Source: Capsulimonadaceae bacterium
GTDB lineage: Bacteria > Armatimonadota > Armatimonadia > Armatimonadales > Capsulimonadaceae
DNA length: 64,000 nucleotides
Assembly: GCA_965215505.1 (NCBI GenBank)
Contig: OZ244065.1
Location: forward strand, 4,448,001-4,512,000
Reading direction: 5' to 3'
The translations under genes were made by a program, and so were the position numbers. Positions within the stretch are counted from its first letter, which is position 1; each line of letters begins with the position of its first letter. This document shows positions 29,327-41,263 of the stretch, piece after piece. The notes beneath the pieces are model-generated. The model did no database searches. It was given only the letters and a program-made list of their open reading frames with translations, and had not been told where the DNA came from.

Positions 29327-29351
29327 GTAGGGGTGCTGCTTGCCGCGCCCT
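29327..29351 (+). repeat. GTAG-type REP palindrome; other small hairpins at 29268-29307
   Basis: GTAGGGGTGCTGCTTGCCGCGCCCT. Confidence 0.65.
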
Positions 29352-29466
29352 CTTCTCTTGCCGCATCTTGATCTCCCGTGTCCGCGCAGGCAAATAATGA
29401 CACTTCTAAAGCCCTGGTCCTCAGACCGGGGCGTCCTTGCGCTGTTAAAACGTCATTAAACTGTCA

Positions 29467-30450
29467 TTAAACGGTTTTCCTGCCTCTCATCTCGTGCCAC
29501 CGCGCGGCGAACGGCACGAACGCGCCCGGCGTGAGGAAGGGCCGCACCCGCTCGTTGCCCTCCAGATAAAGAGCTTCGTAGACCCAGAGGTTCTGGTCGG
29601 CCAGGACGCCGTAACCCTCGGCGGCCTCTTGCAGTTCCGCCTCCGGGAGCGGGCAGAAGTCACGGTAGGCGGTCAGGAAGACGCGGCATGAACCGGGGGA
29701 CAGGTCCAGCATCAGGTGGAGGGCGCGCAGCACCTCCCAGGCGCGCGGGGCGACGCCGCACTGGTCCCAGTCTATGACGGCGCTGACCTCGCCCCCGTCG
29801 AAGAACAGGTTCGTCTCCTGGAAGTCGCCGTGTACGACTTGGAGGGGCAGGGCGCCGAAGCGGCGGCGCATGGATCCGTCGAGGGACGCCCGCCCTTGCA
29901 GCCATTCCCGGCGGCCCGCCAGGTGATGCAGGGCGGTCCGGTCGGCGTCCGTCTGAACGGCGCGGGCCGCGACCGCCGCCTGAATCCGTGCGAGGTTTTC
30001 CAAAGCTCCCGCCGTGTCGAAGGTGAACGCCTTGGGCCGTGCCTGAGCAATTGGGAAGTCGGCGAAGGCGAGGTGGATGCGCGCCAGGCAGCGGCCCGCC
30101 GCCGCGACCTCCGCCTCCTGTAAGTCGGCGCGCGCCACCTGCCGCCCGGCCGCCAGAGGGAACAGGGCGAACAAGCGCCCGTCCAGACAGGCCACCGTTC
30201 CGCCGTCCGGCAGGGGGAGAGGGGGGCAGACGGGTATGCCGCGCGCCGAGGCCCAGCCGATAGCCGTGTGTTCCCATTCGGCGCGCGCCGCGTCGGGGCG
30301 GCGGTAGGCGCGCAGGGCGCAAGCGCCGCCCGCCGTTTGGACGATGACCGTCCGGTTGACGGTGCCCGTCGCAGGCATGGTCGCGTTCAAGATGGGGCCA
30401 AGCCGCCACGACGACAGGGCGGCATGATCCTCGGGGGACAGAACGGACAC
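29467..30450 (-). CDS. Phosphotransferase (APH/homoserine kinase type II-like)
   Basis: GTVNRT, VVHGDFQETNL, VIDWD. Confidence 0.88.
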   Translation of the reverse strand: MSVLSPEDHAALSSWRLGPILNATMPATGTVNRTVIVQTAGGACALRAYRRPDAARAEWEHTAIGWASARGIPVCPPLPLPDGGTVACLDGRLFALFPLAAGRQVARADLQEAEVAAAGRCLARIHLAFADFPIAQARPKAFTFDTAGALENLARIQAAVAARAVQTDADRTALHHLAGRREWLQGRASLDGSMRRRFGALPLQVVHGDFQETNLFFDGGEVSAVIDWDQCGVAPRAWEVLRALHLMLDLSPGSCRVFLTAYRDFCPLPEAELQEAAEGYGVLADQNLWVYEALYLEGNERVRPFLTPGAFVPFAARWHEMRGRKTV

Positions 30451-30765
30451 TTACCCGAGCCACTGCCGCGCCCAGGCGACGAGCTGCATGGTCTGCGGCT
30501 GGGGCAGCCCGAGCGATTCGCCGATGATGCGGATCTGGTCCAGGAACTCCAGAAAAGAGCAGACCGGCTCGGCGGACCGCTCGCCAGACAGACGCAGCAG
30601 CACCTGCCCGTCGGGGGAGCGCCGGATGTCGGCGATGAAAGGGTCCGTCCGCACGCCGGCCAGCCAGCCGATGACGGCGACGCAGAGCGGCGAGGCCTTG
30701 ACGCCGCGCTCGAGGGAGGACTGGAGGAAGGCGCGGGTGTCCTCCGCGCCGGGATGGTCGGACAT
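30451..30765 (-). CDS. Hypothetical protein
   Basis: 104-aa ORF abutting the kinase gene; TGCTATAAT 6 nt before its ATG. Confidence 0.65.
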   Translation of the reverse strand: MSDHPGAEDTRAFLQSSLERGVKASPLCVAVIGWLAGVRTDPFIADIRRSPDGQVLLRLSGERSAEPVCSFLEFLDQIRIIGESLGLPQPQTMQLVAWARQWLG

Positions 30766-30807
30766 GGGGCTATTATAGCACGTCTTTAAGCACGTCAGGA
30801 CGGGGTA

Positions 30808-32532
30808 TCAGAACAGGAAGTAGCGCTGCGCCATCGGCAGGCTTTCGGCGGGCTTGCAGGTGAGCAGCACGCCGTCGGCGCGCACCTCGTAGGTCTCCGG
30901 GTCCACTTCGAGGACCGGCATGGCCGCGTTGTGTTTCATGTCGGCTTTACCGATGCATCGGCAGTCCTTGACGGCGGCGGCCTTCTTCTGGAGGCCCAAT
31001 GTCTCGGGCAGTCCGCTTTCGAGGGCGGCCTGGGAGACGAACGTCAGGCTCGTCGGGCCGACCGCCCCGCCGAACGCGCCGAACATCGGGCGGTACAAGA
31101 CCGGCTGCGGGGTGGGGATGGAGGCGTTCGGGTCGCCCATGGCGGCCCACGCGATGAACCCGCCCTTAACCACCATCTCGGGCTTGACGCCGAAGAAGGC
31201 GGGCCTCCACAGGACCAGGTCGGCCAGCTTGCCCGGCTCGATTGAGCCGATCTCATGGGCGACGCCATGGGTGATGGCGGGGTTGATCGTGTACTTGGCG
31301 AGGTAGCGCTTGACGCGGGCGTTGTCGTTCCGCGCGGAGTCTTCCGGCAGCGGCCCGCGCTGCGTCTTCATCTTGTGCGCGGTCTGCCAGGTCCGCGTCA
31401 CGACCTCGCCGACGCGGCCCATGGCCTGCGAGTCGCTGGAGATCATGCTGAGGACGCCCATGTCGTGCAGGATGTCCTCGGCGGCGATGGTCTCGGCGCG
31501 GATGCGGCTCTCGGCGAAGGCGACATCCTCGGGGACCTGCGGGTTCAGGTGGTGGCAGACCATCAGCATGTCCAGATGCTCGGCGATGGTGTTGACCGTG
31601 AAGGGCCGCGTCGGGTTGGTGGAGGAGGGCAGGACGTTCGGGAAGGACGCGATCCGCAGGATGTCCGGCGCGTGCCCGCCGCCCGCGCCCTCGGTGTGGT
31701 AGGTGTGAATCGTCCGCCCGGCGATGGCGGCGACGGTGTCCTCCAGGAAACCGGCCTCGTTGATGGTGTCCGTGTGGATCGCCACCTGTACGTCGTACTC
31801 GTCGGCGACCGCGAGGCAGGCGTTGATCGCCGCCGGGGTCGTCCCCCAGTCCTCATGCAGCTTCAGCCCGCAGGCCCCCGCCCGGACCTGCTCGGCCAGC
31901 GGCTCCGAGGTGGCCGCGTTGCCTTTGCCGGTGAACCCGAAGTTCATCGGCCAGGCGTCTGCGGCCTGGAGCATCCGCGCCAGGTGGAACGCGCCCGGTG
32001 TGCATGTAGTGGCCGCCGTCCCCGTCGCCGGCCCGGTCCCGCCGCCCAGCATCGTGGTCGTGCCGCCCGACAGCGCCTCGTGAATCTGTTGCGGGCAGAT
32101 AAAGTGGATGTGGCTGTCCATCGCGCCGGGCGTGACGATCAGGTTCTCGCCCGCGATGACCTCCGTCCCCGCGCCGACGACCAGTTGGGGGTCCACGCCC
32201 GCCATCGTGTCCGGGTTGCCCGCCTTGCCGACCTTGACGATGCGCCCGTCTTTGACACCGATGTCGCCCTTGACGATGCCCCAATGGTCTAGGATGAGCG
32301 CGTTCGTGATGACCAGATCGAGCGCCCCGTCAGGTCCTTCCCGCGTGGCCCGGCTGCTCTGCCCCATGCCGTCCCGGATGACCTTGCCACCGCCGAACGT
32401 GATCTCATCGCCATAGGTGGTGAAGTCGCGCTCGACCTCGATGATCAGGTCGGTGTCGGCCAGCCGCACCCGGTCCCCCGTCGTCGGGCCGTACAGGTCG
32501 GCGTAGGTCCGCCGTGGGATGCTCAGACTCAT
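30808..32532 (-). CDS. ureC: Urease subunit alpha
   Basis: [52 protein letters not shown]. Confidence 0.99.
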   Translation of the reverse strand: MSLSIPRRTYADLYGPTTGDRVRLADTDLIIEVERDFTTYGDEITFGGGKVIRDGMGQSSRATREGPDGALDLVITNALILDHWGIVKGDIGVKDGRIVKVGKAGNPDTMAGVDPQLVVGAGTEVIAGENLIVTPGAMDSHIHFICPQQIHEALSGGTTTMLGGGTGPATGTAATTCTPGAFHLARMLQAADAWPMNFGFTGKGNAATSEPLAEQVRAGACGLKLHEDWGTTPAAINACLAVADEYDVQVAIHTDTINEAGFLEDTVAAIAGRTIHTYHTEGAGGGHAPDILRIASFPNVLPSSTNPTRPFTVNTIAEHLDMLMVCHHLNPQVPEDVAFAESRIRAETIAAEDILHDMGVLSMISSDSQAMGRVGEVVTRTWQTAHKMKTQRGPLPEDSARNDNARVKRYLAKYTINPAITHGVAHEIGSIEPGKLADLVLWRPAFFGVKPEMVVKGGFIAWAAMGDPNASIPTPQPVLYRPMFGAFGGAVGPTSLTFVSQAALESGLPETLGLQKKAAAVKDCRCIGKADMKHNAAMPVLEVDPETYEVRADGVLLTCKPAESLPMAQRYFLF

Positions 32533-32891
32533 GCGGCTGCCCACTCCCTCACCCGGTCCAGCGCGGCCTGCCTGACACCGGCGTCATCCAGAGCGCCGCC
32601 GACCAGTCCGTTGTGGCCGTGCATCACGCGCTCCCCGGCCAGCGGCGTCAGTTCCACTTCCTTCTCCTCGCCCGGCTCGAAGCGGACCGCCGTCCCCGCC
32701 GCGATGTTCAGCCGCGCCCCGTAGGCCGCCTCCCGGTCGAAGCGCAGGGCGCGGTTGACCTCAAAGAAGTGGTAATGGCTGCCGACCTGGATGGGCCGGT
32801 CGCCCGTATGCGCGACCAGGACCGTGACCGTCGGGCGGCCCGCGTTGGCAACGATATCATCGGCTTCCAGCAAGTATTCGCCCGGCTTCAT
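32529..32891 (-). CDS. ureB: Urease subunit beta
   Basis: [26 protein letters not shown]. Confidence 0.99.
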   Translation of the reverse strand: MKPGEYLLEADDIVANAGRPTVTVLVAHTGDRPIQVGSHYHFFEVNRALRFDREAAYGARLNIAAGTAVRFEPGEEKEVELTPLAGERVMHGHNGLVGGALDDAGVRQAALDRVREWAAA

Positions 32892-32900
32892 CGCTTCCCC

Positions 32901-33203
32901 CTACTTGATCGGCTCATGCACCGTCACCAGCTTCGTCCCATCGGGGAAGGTCGCCTCGACCTGGACCTCATGGATCATCTCGGCGATGCCGTCCATGACG
33001 TCCGCGCGTGTCAGGACACCGCCGCCCAGCGTCATGATCTCGGCGACGCTCCGACCGTCGCGCGCCCACTCCATGATCTCGGCGGCCAGGATCGCCATCG
33101 CCTCCGGGTAGTTGAGCTTCAGCCCCCGCGCCTGCCTCTTGCGGGCCAGTTCGGAGGCGGTAAAGAGAAGCAGTTTTTCCTGCTCGCGTGGTGTCAGGTG
33201 CAT
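32901..33203 (-). CDS. ureA: Urease subunit gamma
   Basis: [31 protein letters not shown]. Confidence 0.99.
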   Translation of the reverse strand: MHLTPREQEKLLLFTASELARKRQARGLKLNYPEAMAILAAEIMEWARDGRSVAEIMTLGGGVLTRADVMDGIAEMIHEVQVEATFPDGTKLVTVHEPIK

Positions 33204-33222
33204 GTGGTCCCCAAAGGAGCTT

Positions 33223-34092
33223 TCAGTAAACCTTGCGCGGCGGCAGCGCGTCCCGCCCGTACAGCACCCGCTTGGCGGCCTGCCAGAACGTCCGCAGGCC
33301 CGCCGGCAGGTCGCGGCCCGTGCGGCTCAGGCCGCGCACGGTCAGCCCGTGCATGGGCAGGGTGCTGGCCCCCCAGAGGGACTCGCCGGGCCGGTTCATG
33401 TCGCGCGCCAGTGCGCCCAATTCCGCTTCCAGCGCCGACCACCGGGCGGGCGGCTCGCCGACACGGCAGACGTAAAGGGTGCAGAAGTGTCCGTAAGGCC
33501 CCAGCCGGGCCGGCGTCTGTAGGGGCCGTAGGTGCGGCTCCAGCCGCGCCCGTTCCCGCGCAATCAGCCGGCCCTCGGCCTGCAAGTCTAAGGCCAGTTC
33601 GAGGCATTCATAGGCGAATGATTCACCGTGCGCGACCCGGCCCGGCGCGACCGTCTCCCACCAGAACAGGCCCGCGCCGGGTGCGAGGGTGATCCGCGTC
33701 TCCTGCCGGAAACGCGCCCCGGCGAAGGGGATGAGCGGGTCGGGCAGGTATTCCAGCAGGCCGCCCGCGGCCACGAAAACGTCCGTCGTCTGGATCGCCG
33801 GCGCGTCCGCCCCGCGCGGGCGATAGACCCGCGTCGCCCCGGTGGTCGTGAGCTGTGCCTGCGCCCCCGGCCCGACCTCGACCACCGTCTCCATCCGGTC
33901 GCCGCCCAGGATGCCGCCCGAGATGTTGTGCAGGTGGACAAGCGCGGCCCCATCGGGCAGATCGAACGCGCGGACGATCTGGAGCGGCGGCTCCTGGGCG
34001 CGCTCGGTCAGATGCGTCCTGCCTTCGGCGTCCGCCCCGAAGCACAGGCGCAGTCTTCCATGTGCCCGGCCTGGTGTCGTGCCTGGTGTCAA
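33223..34092 (-). CDS. ureD: Urease accessory protein UreD
   Basis: [36 protein letters not shown] start overlapping the ureF stop. Confidence 0.93.
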   Translation of the reverse strand: MTPGTTPGRAHGRLRLCFGADAEGRTHLTERAQEPPLQIVRAFDLPDGAALVHLHNISGGILGGDRMETVVEVGPGAQAQLTTTGATRVYRPRGADAPAIQTTDVFVAAGGLLEYLPDPLIPFAGARFRQETRITLAPGAGLFWWETVAPGRVAHGESFAYECLELALDLQAEGRLIARERARLEPHLRPLQTPARLGPYGHFCTLYVCRVGEPPARWSALEAELGALARDMNRPGESLWGASTLPMHGLTVRGLSRTGRDLPAGLRTFWQAAKRVLYGRDALPPRKVY

Positions 34093-34772
34093 CTGATGAA
34101 CAGCCGCGTCGCGAGCGTCGGGTGACGCATGGCGGCGCTGTCCAGCATCGGCAGGAAACTGGAAACGGCCTCGGTGTCCGTCGAGGAGGCGGCCCGCGCG
34201 ACGTGCCCGTGCAGGTGCCAGAGCAGAGCGCCCGCCCGCGCCTGGCCGAGCGGCAGGAGGCGCTGGCCGGCGGAGACCAGCGCCGTGAGGGCCTGCTGCA
34301 AAAATGCCAGCGCCGCCTCGTCTTCGGACAGTCTTAACATCCCCCCGACCAGGCCGAATGCCGTGGCGTGATGAACGTCGGTTCCCGCCGCCTTCGCCGC
34401 CTGAAGCGCGTCCGCCAGCTGCTTCTGCTCCGTCAGGCTCGCGGCGAGCTGCAAGAAGCGCCGTCCCAGCGTCGCGCTCGCCGCCCGGCTCTCGCGCGCG
34501 GGCTGCAAGGCGCTCATCTGCTGGTTGAGCGTCAGCCAGGCGGCCTCGAACCGTCCGGCAGACGTGTCCGCCAGTCGGTGCGCGGCGCGGCAATAAGCGG
34601 CATCGCGCACCCCCGCTTCGCTCAAATAGCCCTCCAAGAACTGCCCCAGATCGTCCACCGTCACGGACCCGTCCGCCGTCAGCGTTTCCAGGCCGAACGA
34701 GTGCGCGGCGGAGCCGATGGGGACCTGGCTGTCGGCGAGCTGCAAGAGCTGAAGTAGGGCGCGGTGTTCCAT
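34089..34772 (-). CDS. ureF: Urease accessory protein UreF
   Basis: LQLADSQVPIGSAAHSFGLE, C-terminal TRLFIS. Confidence 0.95.
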   Translation of the reverse strand: MEHRALLQLLQLADSQVPIGSAAHSFGLETLTADGSVTVDDLGQFLEGYLSEAGVRDAAYCRAAHRLADTSAGRFEAAWLTLNQQMSALQPARESRAASATLGRRFLQLAASLTEQKQLADALQAAKAAGTDVHHATAFGLVGGMLRLSEDEAALAFLQQALTALVSAGQRLLPLGQARAGALLWHLHGHVARAASSTDTEAVSSFLPMLDSAAMRHPTLATRLFIS

Positions 34773-34809
34773 CGTGTGCCGGATTCTACGCTGGGCGCGC
34801 GAATTCCTC

Positions 34810-35511
34810 TCAGACCGCCAGGTAGCCCTTGACCGCCGCCTCGTCGAACTCCGAAACCTGCCCCTGCACGACGATGACGCCGTTCTCCATGACGTAGTAG
34901 CGGTCGGCGACGCGCAGGGCGAAATCCAGGAACTGGTCCACGAGCAGGATGGACAGGCCGCCGCGCTCGCGCAGCGACAGGATGACCTGCTCGATCTCCT
35001 GGACGATGTTCGGCTGGACCCCCTCCGTCGGCTCATCCAGCACCAGCAGGGTCGGGCGGCGGATCAGGGCGCGGCCGATGGCGAGTTGCTGCTGCTGGCC
35101 CCCGGAGAGCGTCCCGGCCATCCGCTTGTACATCTGTTTGAGTACCGGGAAGGTCGTGTACACTTCGTCCAGCGAGGCCGCAGCGTCCATCCCGCGCGGC
35201 GCGGCTTCCAGGCCCATCAGCAGGTTCTCGTAGATGGACAGGTACGGGAAGATGCCCCGCCCCTGCGGCACATAGCCGATCCCGGCCTGTGCGCGCTGGT
35301 TGGGCGGGCGGCGCGTCACGTCCTCCCCGCCGAACCTGATGCTGCCCCCGCGCGGGCGCAGGACGCCCATGATCGTCTTGAGCAGTGTCGTCTTGCCGAC
35401 CCCGTTGCGGCCCATGAGGCAGACGACCTGATCGGGGGGCACTTCCAGCCCGATCGAGTGCAGGATCTGGCTCTCGCCGTAGTAGACGTTGACGTCCTGG
35501 ACTTGCAGCAT
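34810..35511 (-). CDS. urtE: Urea ABC transporter ATP-binding subunit
   Basis: [35 protein letters not shown]. Confidence 0.95.
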   Translation of the reverse strand: MLQVQDVNVYYGESQILHSIGLEVPPDQVVCLMGRNGVGKTTLLKTIMGVLRPRGGSIRFGGEDVTRRPPNQRAQAGIGYVPQGRGIFPYLSIYENLLMGLEAAPRGMDAAASLDEVYTTFPVLKQMYKRMAGTLSGGQQQQLAIGRALIRRPTLLVLDEPTEGVQPNIVQEIEQVILSLRERGGLSILLVDQFLDFALRVADRYYVMENGVIVVQGQVSEFDEAAVKGYLAV

Positions 35512-35523
35512 CGGTGTTTCTCC

Positions 35524-36282
35524 TCAGTGTTTTTCCTCGCGGGCGCGGCCCAGGTAGACCTCGATAACGCGCGGATCGCTCTGGACGTCCGCCACCGAAC
35601 CCTCGCACAGCCACTTGCCCATGTGGAGGACGGTGACGGTCCGGGCATAGCGGCGCATGAAGTCCATGTCGTGCTCCACGACCAGGACCGAGCGGCGCGC
35701 GGCCATGCGGTGCAGCAGCTCGCCCGTGTGGTCGCGCTCGGGCCGGGTCATGCCCGCGATCGGCTCGTCCAGCAGCAGCAGCTTCGGCTCCTGCACCAGC
35801 AGCATCCCGATCTCCAGCCACTGCTTCTGGCCGTGCGCCAGAGTCCCGGCCGGTTCCCCTGCCCGCGCGGTCAGCCCGACCTCGTCCAGCGTGGCGGCGA
35901 TGCGCTCCTGGTGGCCCGAGGGGAGGGGGCGCAGCAGGCTGGCCGTGCCGTCGTGCAGGCCCACGGCGGCTTCCAGGTTCTCCCAGACCGTCAGGCTGCC
36001 GAAGACGGCCGGCGTCTGGAACTTGCGCCCGATGCCCTTCTGGACGCGCCGGTACTCGGGCCAGCGCCGGATGTCCGCCCCGCCGTCATAAAGCACCCGT
36101 CCGCTCAGGGGGCGCGTCTTGCCCGTGATGATGTCCAGCAGAGTTGTCTTGCCCGCCCCGTTCGGCCCGATCAGGAAGCGAAGCTCGCCCGGCTGCATGG
36201 AGAAGTTCAGGCCGTCCAGTGCCTTGAACCCGTCGAAGCTGACGGTCACGTCCTGCACGTCTATGACGGCGGGATGAGTCAT
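35524..36282 (-). CDS. urtD: Urea ABC transporter ATP-binding subunit
   Basis: [32 protein letters not shown]. Confidence 0.95.
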   Translation of the reverse strand: MTHPAVIDVQDVTVSFDGFKALDGLNFSMQPGELRFLIGPNGAGKTTLLDIITGKTRPLSGRVLYDGGADIRRWPEYRRVQKGIGRKFQTPAVFGSLTVWENLEAAVGLHDGTASLLRPLPSGHQERIAATLDEVGLTARAGEPAGTLAHGQKQWLEIGMLLVQEPKLLLLDEPIAGMTRPERDHTGELLHRMAARRSVLVVEHDMDFMRRYARTVTVLHMGKWLCEGSVADVQSDPRVIEVYLGRAREEKH

Positions 36283-37397
36283 AAGAGCACCTCCAGTCCG
36301 TCTTCGCGCTCGGCGGCGAGGGCGGGTGCCGGGGCGAGGACGGGCCGCCGGAAGCGGCCCAGCCAGCGGACGGCGTTCCGGGCGTACCCGGCCATCCCCT
36401 GCGGGAACAGCAGGACGGTCCCGATGAACAGCGCGCCCATGAAGTACTGCCACTTGTCCGGGAACGAGTCGTTGAAGCTGCTCTTGCCCCAGTTGACCAG
36501 CAGCGCCCCCAGGATGGGGCCGAGCAAAGTCGCGCGCCCGCCGACGGCCACCCAGATCACCATCTCGATGGAGGGCACGACGTCCATGGAGGCGGGGGAG
36601 ATGATGCCGACCTGCGGCACGAACAGCGCCCCGGCCAGCCCGGCCATGCCCGCCGACAGGGCGAAGGTCAGCGTCTTGATCGTCACCGGGTTATAGCCGA
36701 GGAACCGCACCCGGTTCTCGTCGTCGCGGGTCGCCACCAGCAGCCGCCCGAAGCGCGACCGGGTCAGGGCGCGCGCCAGCAGGTAGACACCGGCCAAAGA
36801 CACCACCGTGGCGAGGTAGAGCGCCTTCTGCGTCCCCGAATCGTTCAAGGAGCGGCCGAAGATCGTGGACAGGTTGGTGATGCCGTTGGTGCCCCCCGTG
36901 ACCCCCTGCTGGCCGATAAACAAAATGCTCGCCATAAGCGTCAGGGCCTGCGTGATGATGGAGAAGTAAACCCCCTGGATGCGGCTGCGGAAGATCAGGA
37001 AGCCGATCACGCCGGCCAAAGCCGCCGGCACCAGGACCGCGACCAGCAGGGCGAAGACGGGCGAGTGGAAGGGCCGCCAGAAGGCGGGCAGGACCGTCAT
37101 GCCGTTGTAATCCATGAAGTCCGGAATGTGCGTGCCCGACGCTTCCAGCTTCAGGTACATGGCGAACGCATAGCCGCCCACCCCGAAGAACAGCCCCTGA
37201 CCCAGACTGAGCATCCCGCCGTAGCCCCAGATCAGGTCCAGGCCGACGGCGATGATGGCGTAGGTCAGGAACTTGCCGAGCAGGTTCAGGCCGAAGTCGC
37301 CCAAGAAGTGTGGCACGATGACCGTCATCAGCAGCATAGCCGCCGTGAAGGAGAGCCAGAACCCGAGGCCGCTGCGGTGGCGATTGACAAAGAACAT
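36279..37397 (-). CDS. urtC: Urea ABC transporter permease
   Basis: [35 protein letters not shown]. Confidence 0.95.
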   Translation of the reverse strand: MFFVNRHRSGLGFWLSFTAAMLLMTVIVPHFLGDFGLNLLGKFLTYAIIAVGLDLIWGYGGMLSLGQGLFFGVGGYAFAMYLKLEASGTHIPDFMDYNGMTVLPAFWRPFHSPVFALLVAVLVPAALAGVIGFLIFRSRIQGVYFSIITQALTLMASILFIGQQGVTGGTNGITNLSTIFGRSLNDSGTQKALYLATVVSLAGVYLLARALTRSRFGRLLVATRDDENRVRFLGYNPVTIKTLTFALSAGMAGLAGALFVPQVGIISPASMDVVPSIEMVIWVAVGGRATLLGPILGALLVNWGKSSFNDSFPDKWQYFMGALFIGTVLLFPQGMAGYARNAVRWLGRFRRPVLAPAPALAAEREDGLEVLL

Positions 37398-37406
37398 GGC
37401 TTCCCC

Positions 37407-38303
37407 CTAACGTCCCCGCACCGCCGCCAGGCCGGCGGGCTTCCACTGCAAGAAGGCGATCACCAGGCCCAGGATCAGCACCTTGCCCAGCGAGGCCGTC
37501 GTCCCAAGCTCCAGGAACGTGTTGCCGACGCCGATAATGAGGGCCGCCAGGATCACGCCCGGCAGGCGGCCCACGCCGCCCAGCACGACCACGATGAAGG
37601 CGTCCACGATGTAGTGCGTCCCCAGCGACGGCCCGATGGGGCCGAGCAGGGTCAGCGCGGCCCCGGCCACGCCGGCAAGCCCCGCGCCCAGGGCGAACGT
37701 GCCCGCGTCCACCCGCCGCGAGGCGACCCCGAGGCAGGCGGCCATCTGCCGGTTCTGCATGGTCGCCCGCAGCCGCCGGCCGCCGGACGTGCGGAACAGG
37801 AACACATAGATCGCCCCGATGCAGACGCCGGCCAGCCCGATGATGAACAGGCGGCTGAACGGCAGCACCAGGTCCGGGCCGAGATGGACCGCGCCGCCGA
37901 GCCAGGCGGGGCTGTCCACCTGGACGTTCTGCGCGCCGAAAATGGACCGGGCGGCCTGCTGCAAGATCAGCCCCACGCCCCAGGTCGCCAGCAATGTGTC
38001 CAGGGGCCGCCCGTACAGGAAGCGGATCAGGCAGACCTCAAGCAGTGCGCCCAATAGGGCAGCCACGAGGAAGGCGGCGGGCAGGGCCAGAACAAACCAG
38101 ACGCCCCGCTCCACCCCGCCGAGCGGGGCGGCCAGGGTCTTCTGGAACTCGTAGGCGACATAAGCGCCGACCATGATGAACTCGCCGTGGGCCATGTTGA
38201 TGACGTTCATCAGGCCGAACGAGAAGACCAGCCCCAGCGAAATGAGCAGCAGGATCGAGCTGAGGCTGAGGCCATTGAAGAGCTGGGACAGGATCATGTC
38301 CAT
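37407..38303 (-). CDS. urtB: Urea ABC transporter permease
   Basis: [32 protein letters not shown]. Confidence 0.95.
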   Translation of the reverse strand: MDMILSQLFNGLSLSSILLLISLGLVFSFGLMNVINMAHGEFIMVGAYVAYEFQKTLAAPLGGVERGVWFVLALPAAFLVAALLGALLEVCLIRFLYGRPLDTLLATWGVGLILQQAARSIFGAQNVQVDSPAWLGGAVHLGPDLVLPFSRLFIIGLAGVCIGAIYVFLFRTSGGRRLRATMQNRQMAACLGVASRRVDAGTFALGAGLAGVAGAALTLLGPIGPSLGTHYIVDAFIVVVLGGVGRLPGVILAALIIGVGNTFLELGTTASLGKVLILGLVIAFLQWKPAGLAAVRGR

Positions 38304-38355
38304 GGGAAACTCCTTCCCCGCCCGGTGCAGTGGCGGGCGGGGACCTTGTGAGTCG

Positions 38356-39636
38356 CTACTTCTCCATCTCGGCCACCACCGTCGGTTTGCCCTGGGCAAG
38401 CCCCTTGGCCCAGGCAAGCTTGGTCAGGTACGGGTCCGGCTCGACCGGCTTGCCTGAGCTGGAAACCTCGTCGATCAGGCCGTCCGCGCGGAACTTGCCG
38501 ATGCGGGCCGTCTTCCAGGTGTGGTGGTTGCCGCCGTCTATCTTGACCATCCCCTCCGGCGCGGCGAACGTGACGCCGTCCGCCGCCGCCTTCACGGCGT
38601 CCACGTCCGTGGACTTCGCCTTCTCGACGGCCGCTTTCCACAGGTAGACCCCGAAGTAGCCCGCCTCGATGGGGTCATCAGTCACGCGGTCCGCCCCGTA
38701 CTTCGCCTTGTAGGCGGCGACGAACTTGGTGTTCTCCGGCGTCTTGGTGGTCTGGAAATAGTTCCAGGCGCACAGGTGGCCGGCGATGTTGGCCGGGCCG
38801 ATGCCGCGCGCCTCCTCTTCGGCGACGCTCACCGAGAGGACCGGCATCTGGGCCGCCGTGATGCCCGCCTCCTTGAGCTGCTTGAAGAAGGCGACGTTGC
38901 TGTCGCCGTTCAGGGTGTTGAAGACGGCGTCCGGGCGGGCGGCCTTGATCTTGCTGATGACCGTGCTGTACTCGGTCGCCCCCAGCGGCGTGTACTCCTC
39001 GCCCGCCAGAATCCCGCCCTGGGCGGCGAGCTGCGCCTTGATGATCTTGTTGGCGGTGCGCGGGAAGACGTAGTCCGAGCCGAGCAGGAAGATCTTCTTC
39101 TTGCCGATCTTGAGCAGATAGTTCACGCCCGGCACGATCTGCTCGGTCGGCTCCGCCCCGGTGTAGTAGATGTCCGGCGACGTTTCCAGCCCCTCATACT
39201 GGACCGGGTAGAACAGCAGGCCGTGCTGGCTCTCGACCACCGGCAGGACGGCCTTGCGGCTGGCGCTGGTCCAGCAGCCGAAGATCACGGCGACCTTGTC
39301 CTGCTGGAGCAGCTTCTTGGTCTTCTCGGCGAAGGTGGGCCAGTCGCTCGCGCCGTCCTCGGTCACCGGGACGATCTGCTTGCCCAGGACGCCGCCGCCC
39401 TTGTTGATCTCGTCAATCGCCATCATCTCGGCGTCCTTGACGCTCACCTCACTGATCGCCATCGTGCCGCTGAGGGAGTGCAGGATGCCGACCTTGATGG
39501 TGTTCGCGTCGTCGGCGGGGGCCGCCGAGGCCGTCGTGCCGCCGGGCGCGGCGGCGTCCTTTTGGCCGCAGCCGCTCAGGGCGGCCACGCCCAGCGCGGC
39601 GGAGGCCGCCAGGCCGAGCCAGGAATTCTTACGCAT
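38356..39636 (-). CDS. urtA: Urea ABC transporter substrate-binding lipoprotein
   Basis: Lipobox [40 protein letters not shown]. Confidence 0.96.
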   Translation of the reverse strand: MRKNSWLGLAASAALGVAALSGCGQKDAAAPGGTTASAAPADDANTIKVGILHSLSGTMAISEVSVKDAEMMAIDEINKGGGVLGKQIVPVTEDGASDWPTFAEKTKKLLQQDKVAVIFGCWTSASRKAVLPVVESQHGLLFYPVQYEGLETSPDIYYTGAEPTEQIVPGVNYLLKIGKKKIFLLGSDYVFPRTANKIIKAQLAAQGGILAGEEYTPLGATEYSTVISKIKAARPDAVFNTLNGDSNVAFFKQLKEAGITAAQMPVLSVSVAEEEARGIGPANIAGHLCAWNYFQTTKTPENTKFVAAYKAKYGADRVTDDPIEAGYFGVYLWKAAVEKAKSTDVDAVKAAADGVTFAAPEGMVKIDGGNHHTWKTARIGKFRADGLIDEVSSSGKPVEPDPYLTKLAWAKGLAQGKPTVVAEMEK

Positions 39637-39659
39637 AGTGTTTCTCCTTATTGACAGGC

Positions 39660-40964
39660 CTAGAATGAGAACAGGCCGGCGACGAGGACCGCGTTCTGGT
39701 CCGAAGTGGGGTCCGGGCGATCACTCTTCGTGAAGCCGAAGAGGGCGGCATTATTGCTGTTGTCGTGCCGGTACTCGAAGCGCGTGGTGAAGTTCGCGGC
39801 GACCTTGTACTCGTAGGTCGCCGTGACCTCGTTGGCTCCGAAGCTGGTCGTGGCGTTCGGCGTGCCCAAAGTCTCCACATGTTTGGTCAGCCGCGAGACG
39901 CGCAGGGCGTAGGCGTTGCGCGGGTTGAGCTGCTGGCGGAGGTACGCGCCGTAGCCGTCGCCGCGCAGGTTGTAGCCGCCGCCCTTGTCGTGGTCCTTGC
40001 GGTAGACGTACTCGCCGGCCAGGGTGATGGCCTTGGTGGCATGGAAGGTGAGCCAGTTGTCAAAGAGGGTGATGTCCTCGTTGCCGCTGGCGGAGAGCTT
40101 GTCGCTGCCGACGCCGTAGGCGGGGATGTAGTTGAACCGGCCGTCGGGCGTGGTGTAGTTGAGCCGCAGGATGTAGTCCTTGCGGCCGTTGTCGTCCTGG
40201 ACGCCCGCGGTGGGCGTCTCTTCCAGCGAGTTGACCACGAAGGCGGAGACGGCGAGGTTGAGGTTCTTGATCGGGTAGGTGGCGCGCGCCCCGGCCAGGT
40301 AGTTCGGGACAAGATAAGTCGCCAGGGTGAGCGTGTAGTTGTAGTTCAGCGTCGCCTCGGTGGTGTCGTAGCCGTAGGGCGAAAGGAACTTCCCGAAATC
40401 CACGGTGAAGCCGCCTGACGTGGTGTAGGTGCCGAAGAGCTGCGCCACGTTCTTGAACCGCGACTCGCCGACGCCCGATCCGGCATCCGGGACGTCCCGG
40501 TCGGCGGCGTCACCCGTCGCGAGGCTGGCCTTGAAGCCGAACCCGCCGGCCGGGGGGGCGGTGTGGTAAACATCCAGCCAGGCGAGGCGGAGGGCGGGCG
40601 TGTTGTGGCGGAAGGCGTAGATGCGGCCGTTGAGCGGCTGGCCTTTGGTCGGGCTGGTCGCCTGGTACTGGTAGTAGCCGTCAATCTCTCCCGTCGTCAC
40701 GATGTTCGGGGCGGGGGCGACCGGCGTCTGCTTGGGCGGGGGCGCAGCCGCCGACGGCGAGGAAGGCGTGGGCGTCGTGGTCGTGGGAGTCGGGGGCGTC
40801 CCTGGCGCGGCCGGAGCCGGGGCCGGCGTGGTGACCGTGGGGACTGCGGGCGCGTCCTGGGCGCATGCGGGGACTGCGGCCAGTGCCGGCCAGGTCAAGG
40901 CGGCGAAGGCGAGGGCGTGGAGACGCCTTGGGGCGTGAGGACGCCTGTGGGAGCGGTGGGGCAT
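39660..40964 (-). CDS. Outer-membrane beta-barrel porin (BBP2-like)
   Basis: Signal peptide, Pro/Thr-rich linker, DFGKF.SPYG, RFEYRHD, C-terminal Phe. Confidence 0.82.
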   Translation of the reverse strand: MPHRSHRRPHAPRRLHALAFAALTWPALAAVPACAQDAPAVPTVTTPAPAPAAPGTPPTPTTTTPTPSSPSAAAPPPKQTPVAPAPNIVTTGEIDGYYQYQATSPTKGQPLNGRIYAFRHNTPALRLAWLDVYHTAPPAGGFGFKASLATGDAADRDVPDAGSGVGESRFKNVAQLFGTYTTSGGFTVDFGKFLSPYGYDTTEATLNYNYTLTLATYLVPNYLAGARATYPIKNLNLAVSAFVVNSLEETPTAGVQDDNGRKDYILRLNYTTPDGRFNYIPAYGVGSDKLSASGNEDITLFDNWLTFHATKAITLAGEYVYRKDHDKGGGYNLRGDGYGAYLRQQLNPRNAYALRVSRLTKHVETLGTPNATTSFGANEVTATYEYKVAANFTTRFEYRHDNSNNAALFGFTKSDRPDPTSDQNAVLVAGLFSF

Positions 40965-41199
40965 GTTTGTCCTGTCCTCCGGTGAAGTCTACACGGCTCA
41001 GGGCCGTGCCGTTCTCGGGTGGTGCGTCCTGCACGGGACTCATGCGAGAGTGCATGAATGGGACAAACGTCTGCGTTTGACGGGGCGGAAGGCCGAAGAG
41101 CGGCGGGTGAGGGATGCCAAAGAGTGGCAGGCGTGGGAGCGGACGGGAGGCGTCAATGCCGGTGGCTGCTTGGGTGTGCTCAACAGTGAGGTTGCTGCC

Positions 41200-41228
41200 A
41201 GTATAGCGGTTATTCAGATGCCTGTCAA
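41200..41228 (-). promoter_or_regulatory. Sigma70-type promoter for the porin-urt-ure operon
   Basis: Minus strand TTGACA-N17-TATACT. Confidence 0.8.
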
Positions 41229-41263
41229 GGGGAAAGGCACTATTTTTTCGCGCCGTGCCGGAC

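Noticed and set aside
40965-41195. Guanidine-I (ykkC) or glutamine (glnA) riboswitch in the urea operon leader
   Set aside because: I could not see the conserved core motifs by eye. An Infernal scan would be needed.
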